This document shows positions 58,110 through 64,000 of a DNA stretch of 64,000 nucleotides, one piece after another. Source of the DNA: a virus. The stretch lies in the IMG/VR virus record IMGVR_UViG_3300035105_000276, positions 32,001-96,000 of that record; one strand, 5' to 3'. The notes under the pieces were generated by a model. It was not told where the DNA came from, searched no databases, and was given only the letters and a program-made list of their open reading frames with translations. Position numbers and translations under genes: made by a program. The stretch's first letter is position 1, and the number at the start of each line of letters is the position of its first letter.

Positions 58110-60900
58110 TCAACGAAAAGTGGCTAGTTTGTGCATTTTTTATAAAATATCCGATTTTTAAAGGTTTGGGAGCATATAATAGGGTAGAGTTTTGGGTATT
58201 TGAGGTTTTGGGTAAAATTTTTAGTAAGGTGTGGCTAATTTCTCTGTTTGTTGTACCTAACTATTTGTGAGGTGAGGCTAACTTTATAAAATATTGGTGA
58301 AATCTTGGAAAAATTACGACTGTAGAAGTGTAAAAATCGATTGGTAAAACAGGGCAAAATAGGGCAAAATACTATCACCAGGGTTAAAGGCTTGCCTGGA
58401 GAGGGTTTTTGCGCTTAGTAGTAGTGATACTGAATTAGGATTTTCTGAAAAGGGCACGGGCTGCTGGTTTTCCGGTAAAGGGTTTTCGAGACTTTTAAGG
58501 GAGAATGTCGTTTCTAAACGACAGTTTTATGTGGTGTGCACTTTAAGATTAGATAAGTAAAATATGTGCGAAGTAAACAGAGAGTGTGGTATTGCATTTT
58601 CGAAGATCGGGAAGATCTACAGAAAACTTTTGAGTTGGGATGTGCCGGAGGGCAAAAGGGGCTTCGGTAGATCTTAGCGATAAAGTTAGGTTTAACTAAT
58701 AACGTAGTTATGCAGCTCTTGGTGGTTGCATGAATTGGATTCATTTATAAGAATTGGATTCAGTTTACCTTCAACAGTAGATGATAGCGAGGTAAAAAAT
58801 GGAATATTCTGTAAAAGTGTGTTAGAACCATGTGAAATGATCGATTTTTTGAGATTTCACGGAATATATGACGGTGGTTTTTTACTGATTTTGGTTGCCT
58901 GTTTAAAGAGTGGCTGAAAACCCGTGCAGACACTGGATAGGCACTTGCACATCTACTGAAACTTTAAATCCTTGAGAATGCAACAGGGACGGGGATTTCA
59001 TTAATTTGTTCAAATTTAAGGAAAAAGTAAGTAGAATTTGGTAGTAAAACTCCAAAATCGAGCACATCTACAGAAATGTCGTTTTTAGCCATAAAATAGC
59101 TGTGGTATAGCTGTGTAAAAATGTGATGTTCCTGGAGGGTCGATCACATCTACAGCAAAAGTACGATTGGTATAAGATTTAGACCTTTCAAGACCGTTAA
59201 CCCCCAAGGGCTTCAGTAGATCTTAGCGATTTTTTCTGGTTTTTTGGATTTGTGAAACGATTTTTGTTTCACACGCAAAAAATTCATATCTTAAGATCAT
59301 AGCGAAAAAATGGTGATAGTGCTGCTGGGCTGACTCTAAAGAGTAACTGCCTGATTTGACAGGGGGAAAACGTGGATATGCCATGGTGAGCTGTAGGTAA
59401 ATACACTCTCACCACCCCTTGAAAATTCTTTTCTTAAAAAGTGTAAGACTAAGAATTTGAGAAAATAACTGTAAAAGTGTAAAACCCTTGGTATCTAATG
59501 CTTTAAAGTATTTGGTATTTGGAATTTTAAGTAAGAACGAGCCACCCCTTGTGCCAATTCTTATCTTAAGAAGTTAGCAGTGACCTTAAAACAGGCTTGA
59601 AACCCACATCAGCACTGGCTGTAATTCTTTCTTAAGATCTCAGCGATTTTTAGCCCAAACACATAGACTATTACTGGGGATCCCCCTAGGGCCCTATATA
59701 TCTAAGTAGGTTTAAGAGGGTTAGTATATATTATGTATATTAAAATGATTTTTTATATAATAATACCCTAAGAGGACGTAGTACATCACATATTCTTCTA
59801 AAGTCCCTTACGCGTTTATAGTCTATGATTTTTGGCCAAAAATCGGTGAGAACTTAAGAAAAAAACTTAGCCAGGCATAGCAAGGGTTTTGGTAGGGGTC
59901 GCTAAGATCTTAAGAAAGCTTTTACCGCCTTTTTTGAGTACCCCCTGATTCACGAAGCATTAAAGCTACCATATCCCTTTTAATATCAAAGCTTTATCAC
60001 ATCTTAAGATAAGAATTTGAAAAGCCAAATTTCACATCTTAAGAATTGATTAAAAAAGATCCAGTGATAGTCCTCCAGTAAATCCGCCAGGCTGTGGCCT
60101 TTTCCCAGAAAAAGCCTCAAAAAATGACCTAAAAGTGTTTTAAAATTCAGCATACCCCCACCCCCTATCTGGAACCCCACCACCCGGGCATCTCACCCTC
60201 CTCTCATTTTTTTAATCTGTTCTTGCAACCCAAAGTACTGGTGATAGTTTTCGTAGGTATTGACATATTCTGATGCAACCTCCTATTTTTATTGAAGATA
60301 CCTCTCTCTTTAGATCTTAGCGGCCCTATTTCCCAAATTCCCCTAACCATTTGATTCTTAAACAGATTGGCTCTACTTACTCCCCCAAAATAGTAAAATT
60401 TTACAAACAGACCCTCTCGCAAATCTAAAAAAACCCACTGGTGAAAACCTCAAAATATGATCTTTATTTTGAGGTTTTCACCAAATATCACATTCTCTTA
60501 TGTAGATCTTCCCTTTCAAATTCCGTGCCTGGCTATGTAAAAATTCATCAAAAGCTTTCTAAGCCCTCTAAGATCTTAAGAAATGGTTTTTAAGCCCTTT
60601 TCAGGGATGTGATAGTGCAAAGATACGTAATAAAATCCATCTTTTACACTCGTTCATTTCACGTTTGGTATTGGACCAACTCAATATTTTTTAATCGCAT
60701 ACCCCCCTTACTACATCCATAATCTTTGAAACCACACTCCATACCTGCCATTTCACCCATAAGGGTTTTTACCCACAGGGACGTATTCTTTGGCTTTTCC
60801 TCCCTTTAAGCACTTAAGTAATACCTCTGTAAAACCCCAATACACAAGGATATGCTAAAAAAATATCACTGAATTTCCATAGATCTTACCGATATTTTTA
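58110..60900. repeat. Non-coding, origin-like region with iteron-like repeats and a central inverted repeat
   Basis: AGATCTTAGCGA-like units and CTTAAG cores; ~44-bp inverted arms (59628-59671, 59818-59861) around an AT-rich core; base-skew switch. Confidence 0.6.
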
Positions 60901-60963
60901 CAAACAAAAAACCGGTGCCATTTCTGACACCGGTCTCTGGCCCAACACATTTCTGGTAACGGG

Positions 60964-61755
60964 TTACACAGGCATCTGATTCTCCAGTGTGATTTTATGG
61001 CGTTCCACATCGTCCTCAATACCCATGTAATCCACAGATTTGTACCCGAGGATGCGTACCCCCTTCTGCTCATTGTTCATGAGTTTCTTGGAATTTTCAA
61101 TGACAGCATCCAGGGTTATACCCCCCGTAAAGATGGCTGTGTTTGTAATACGGGAGACTTCTTTCTTGACAGAGTCTGTATTGCAATACTTACTCTTCGG
61201 GTACCAGGGGTCTTTATACATAACAGCCGGCACGCCATACACCAGGTACTTGGTTTCCGGCACCACGAACAACTGGTGGTATAGTTTGGTACCCCTCCCC
61301 GGTACATACTTCTCCACGAGTATCAGCATTCTGGCGGCACCCTTCATAATCCAGGTATCTTCCTTGAGGACATCCTCCCAGAAGTTTACCAGGGTATTTC
61401 CCCCTATTTTCCCGATACCGTCTATCATATTCTCAACCCAGGGAGATCTGAGCGTCGGGTAATCCTTTTCCCGGTATTTTTTCTGGTACCTGTACCAGGT
61501 GGGTGCTGCGAATACCGTGGACCCCTTTGCGGCCCCACCAAGCTCATTGAGCAGCTTTCCATGCTCGAATATTTTCATAAAGAACCTTTTGGCAAACTTC
61601 TCTTTGCTGTGCATGCTGTCCAGCACACCCATTTTCACCTGGAACATGGTCCATTCTTTCATGGAAACGGCAAAGTACCTGTTTTTCTGTTGAAGGGCTG
61701 TAATCAGCTCCTCTGCCACCCTGTCCGGGTGGGTCGCTTTGTCAAAAAAGAACAT
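60964..61755 (-). CDS. Hypothetical protein
   Basis: 263-aa ORF; may start at ATG 61773 with a T-run frameshift. Confidence 0.65.
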   Translation of the reverse strand: MFFFDKATHPDRVAEELITALQQKNRYFAVSMKEWTMFQVKMGVLDSMHSKEKFAKRFFMKIFEHGKLLNELGGAAKGSTVFAAPTWYRYQKKYREKDYPTLRSPWVENMIDGIGKIGGNTLVNFWEDVLKEDTWIMKGAARMLILVEKYVPGRGTKLYHQLFVVPETKYLVYGVPAVMYKDPWYPKSKYCNTDSVKKEVSRITNTAIFTGGITLDAVIENSKKLMNNEQKGVRILGYKSVDYMGIEDDVERHKITLENQMPV

Positions 61756-61854
61756 CTTCTGGTAATCCTTTCATGATATTGCTTTTAGGTCGTGGAACCA
61801 AACCCTTCAGGTTTGGGGTATGAGTTCTGCTTTAGCAGGCCACGGCCATTAAAT

Positions 61855-63138
61855 TTAGTGTCCATATGTGTATCCATCAGCTGCATGTAGAAGTCTGCAA
61901 CACCTCCAGCCAACCCCCTGTACAATCTCGGCCCTGGTTTTAATATTGAAACTCCCGCTTGCCCTAACGGCAACTCTACCAACGTAACAACCAATTTTCT
62001 TACCAGTTGTTACAACAGCTTGTACTATGTCTCCAGTTTGGAAACCGTGCACTTTTTTAACTGTAGATTTTGATCCAGTACGTGGAAATCCATACTTGTC
62101 AGACCGGCACATCTGCCTGCTGCCATGTCCCATGGCCTGCACCTGTAAAACTTGCTTATGCACCTGGAATACTGTGTCGGGTGTGCTTCTGCCAACACAG
62201 GCAGCATCTAGCCAGTGTGTTTTGGGTAAATCTCTGGTGGTTCGATTGAACTTGGTTAAGCCTCCGGACCCTACTTCAACTGGGTAACCATACTTCATCA
62301 GCCTATGATACAGGTGCCAGCGTGTAGCGTTTACAGCTGCTGCTTCTTTTAATGGTGCTTTAGCCTTTCTTAATATTTTGGCCAGAAGCTCAGGTTTGTT
62401 CTGCAGAAACTGCTCAACCGGCTGGTTGTTCTTCAACTGGTTACACCTATTGCAGGCCAATGTGAGATTGCTCACCCTGTCAGACCCACCTCTGGACCTC
62501 GGCACTATGTGCTCAATTTCCAATGGAACATTTGTTTCCCCACAATAAGCACATGTTCTGCCCCATTTTTTTAACAGGTACTCGCGCACTTCGTAGCCGG
62601 CAAGTACTCCCTGCTGGTACTGCACACCTGATATCTCTGGGTCCTGCATAAGTTGAGTATCAAACCTTACCAGCTCCATTGAGATACTTGTGATGTTGCA
62701 GTATTTCTGTAGTCGGCTTACCCATGTCTCAATATTATGCACACGGCTTTTTAGAGATGGGGGCAGCCAGCCTTTCGGACGCGAACGGTTTTCAAATCTG
62801 GGCTCTCTGTACCTGGTTTTACGAGCTCTCCTACTCCTGCGGCTGGCTCTTCTGGAGTCCAAAAGCTTTTTTATGCGTTGCTCCCTGTGGGTCAACTCCA
62901 TAGCAAAAACAATCTCACCTGAGTCTTTTAGTACAACTATGCCAGTTGTTCTGCTACCGGGATCAATCTTTACTCTCAGTGGTTCTGGCTGCACCTCTGA
63001 GTGAGCCTCTTTCAGTATAATAGTGAACGGATACTTCCTGAACACAGCAGCTTTCTGCTGGTTCAACATTAGTCTGGCCTCCGCCGGGTGCACCGGTTCT
63101 AAAGGCTTTTTGTTTGTATCAATTACAAATACTTTCAA
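61855..63138 (-). CDS. iscB: IscB RNA-guided endonuclease
   Basis: PLEPVHPAEAR, IDPGS, RRASRRSRR, CAYC..EHIVPRS.GGSDRVSNLTLAC..CN, THWLDA. TTG start at 63138 after GGAGG. Confidence 0.93.
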   Translation of the reverse strand: MKVFVIDTNKKPLEPVHPAEARLMLNQQKAAVFRKYPFTIILKEAHSEVQPEPLRVKIDPGSRTTGIVVLKDSGEIVFAMELTHREQRIKKLLDSRRASRRSRRARKTRYREPRFENRSRPKGWLPPSLKSRVHNIETWVSRLQKYCNITSISMELVRFDTQLMQDPEISGVQYQQGVLAGYEVREYLLKKWGRTCAYCGETNVPLEIEHIVPRSRGGSDRVSNLTLACNRCNQLKNNQPVEQFLQNKPELLAKILRKAKAPLKEAAAVNATRWHLYHRLMKYGYPVEVGSGGLTKFNRTTRDLPKTHWLDAACVGRSTPDTVFQVHKQVLQVQAMGHGSRQMCRSDKYGFPRTGSKSTVKKVHGFQTGDIVQAVVTTGKKIGCYVGRVAVRASGSFNIKTRAEIVQGVGWRCCRLLHAADGYTYGH

Positions 63139-63149
63139 ATGTAAAACCT

Positions 63150-63369
63150 CCCTGTTAAAGGGTAATGTTTGCCTCGCCAAAGTTAGCACCAGGTTTGACG
63201 TAAGTAGCACTGGCTTAACCCCTTAGACCTGTTTAACCACTTACCGTAGAGCAGCAGGCTGGCAAGCACCTGCTGGTACCTATTTCTGGTGTAACGTAGT
63301 GCATGTGCACTAAGGCTGGTCAGCGTGGGGCTTTTGCAAGCCCACATGGTTTAGCTGTGGGTAGCTGAC
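63150..63369 (-). ncRNA. omegaRNA of IscB element 2
   Basis: Typical GACCAGCCTTAGT..ACTACGTT and GGCGAGGCAAACATTACC blocks. Confidence 0.75.
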
Positions 63370-63440
63370 TAAAATTAACGTTAATCCTTTCTCCCCCCGG
63401 ATCGGCCAAATCCGGGCAGCCAGCAACAGCCAGCCATAAA

Positions 63441-63479
63441 CTTTTAACAAACTATGTGGGGTTTTTTGATTTCGTGAAG
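63441..63479 (-). promoter_or_regulatory. Overlapping class A and class B promoter
   Basis: CTTCAC-12-CCCCACAT overlapping ATCAAAA-17-TAAAAG. Confidence 0.5.
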
Positions 63480-64000
63480 ATTTTAGGGCAGTGCCTTCCA
63501 AAACACCCTCTAATTTCCACGTAGAACTCTCCCTGAATACAGTCCTAGTCACTCAACCCTGAAACTTAAAATTTGACCCCTTCCTGGGGCTCACTTATGC
63601 ATATTCACCTCCATGCCAAGGCTGGTTTTACCCAAAGATTTCTGCCAGAGATTTTTTAATCACATTTTTTTCCGTCCGGAACTACAAACTCAATGCGTAC
63701 ACACCCATTCTTTGTATGAAAATATAAAAATGGTGGATAGGTTCCCCGGTGCAGAACCGAAAAGTCCGTGCCCCTCCTTCACGGACTTCCACCTCAAACC
63801 TTTGAACCAGGATAGGTATGGCACAGACATTTGCACAGTATTTGATCAACAAGGGTCTCCCCGGGGATCTGCACGTTACAGAGCCTTTGGATAAAAAGGC
63901 ACTCGAAGCCCTCCTCATAAAAGCCCACCAAAGACACCCGGGGAGATACCCTTCCATTGTCATGCATCTCAAACGTCTGGGGAACAAGTTTGCCACCTAT

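Larger units (their letters stand above)
61775..63369 (-). mobile_element. IscB (OMEGA) element 2
   Basis: 5' end GTCAGCTACCCACAG..GCTGACCAGCCTTAGT..ACTACGTT, 3' hairpin CCAAACC-TGAAG-GGTTTGG, followed by ATGAA. Confidence 0.85.

Noticed and set aside
59628-59861. Protelomerase (hairpin telomere) site or assembly artefact
   Set aside because: The arms are imperfect and separated by a unique spacer, whereas tel sites and fold-back artefacts are near-perfect palindromes.
58600-60600. CRISPR array
   Set aside because: The repeats are short, degenerate, irregularly spaced and in both orientations, and no cas operon is present.
63590-64000. Gene at the right edge
   Set aside because: Several short competing frames and no recognisable motif, so it cannot be called.

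Overview
This window is about 64 kb of a large (jumbo-type) phage or phage-like replicon, with most genes on the minus strand. Replication genes: DnaG-type primase cut by the left edge, Cas4-like and DEDD nucleases, a probable SSB, SNF2 and Dda/RecD2 helicases, a FEN-type 5'-3' exonuclease, RNase H and HU. Nucleotide genes: class II RNR with an intein, ThyX, dUTPase and a kinase. It also encodes RtcB, a lytic transglycosylase and a portal-like protein. It has its own transcription set: an XRE repressor, a sigma-70-like factor, a 1471-aa fusion of RNA polymerase beta with the N-terminal half of beta', and two recurrent fixed-spacing promoter motifs. Mobile elements are two IscB/omegaRNA elements and one internally deleted IS605 mini-element. 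The main finding is a phage-borne ubiquitin-like conjugation operon at 50.7-57.9 kb: Ubl, an unknown 600-aa protein, an E2-like protein, a JAB peptidase and an E1/ThiF enzyme. Next to it lies a ~2.9-kb non-coding, pseudo-palindromic, origin-like region. There is also a tRNA-like RNA whose anticodon arm is replaced by a longer insert, and several nonsense or frameshift lesions. All calls come from motif recognition by eye; no database searches were run.
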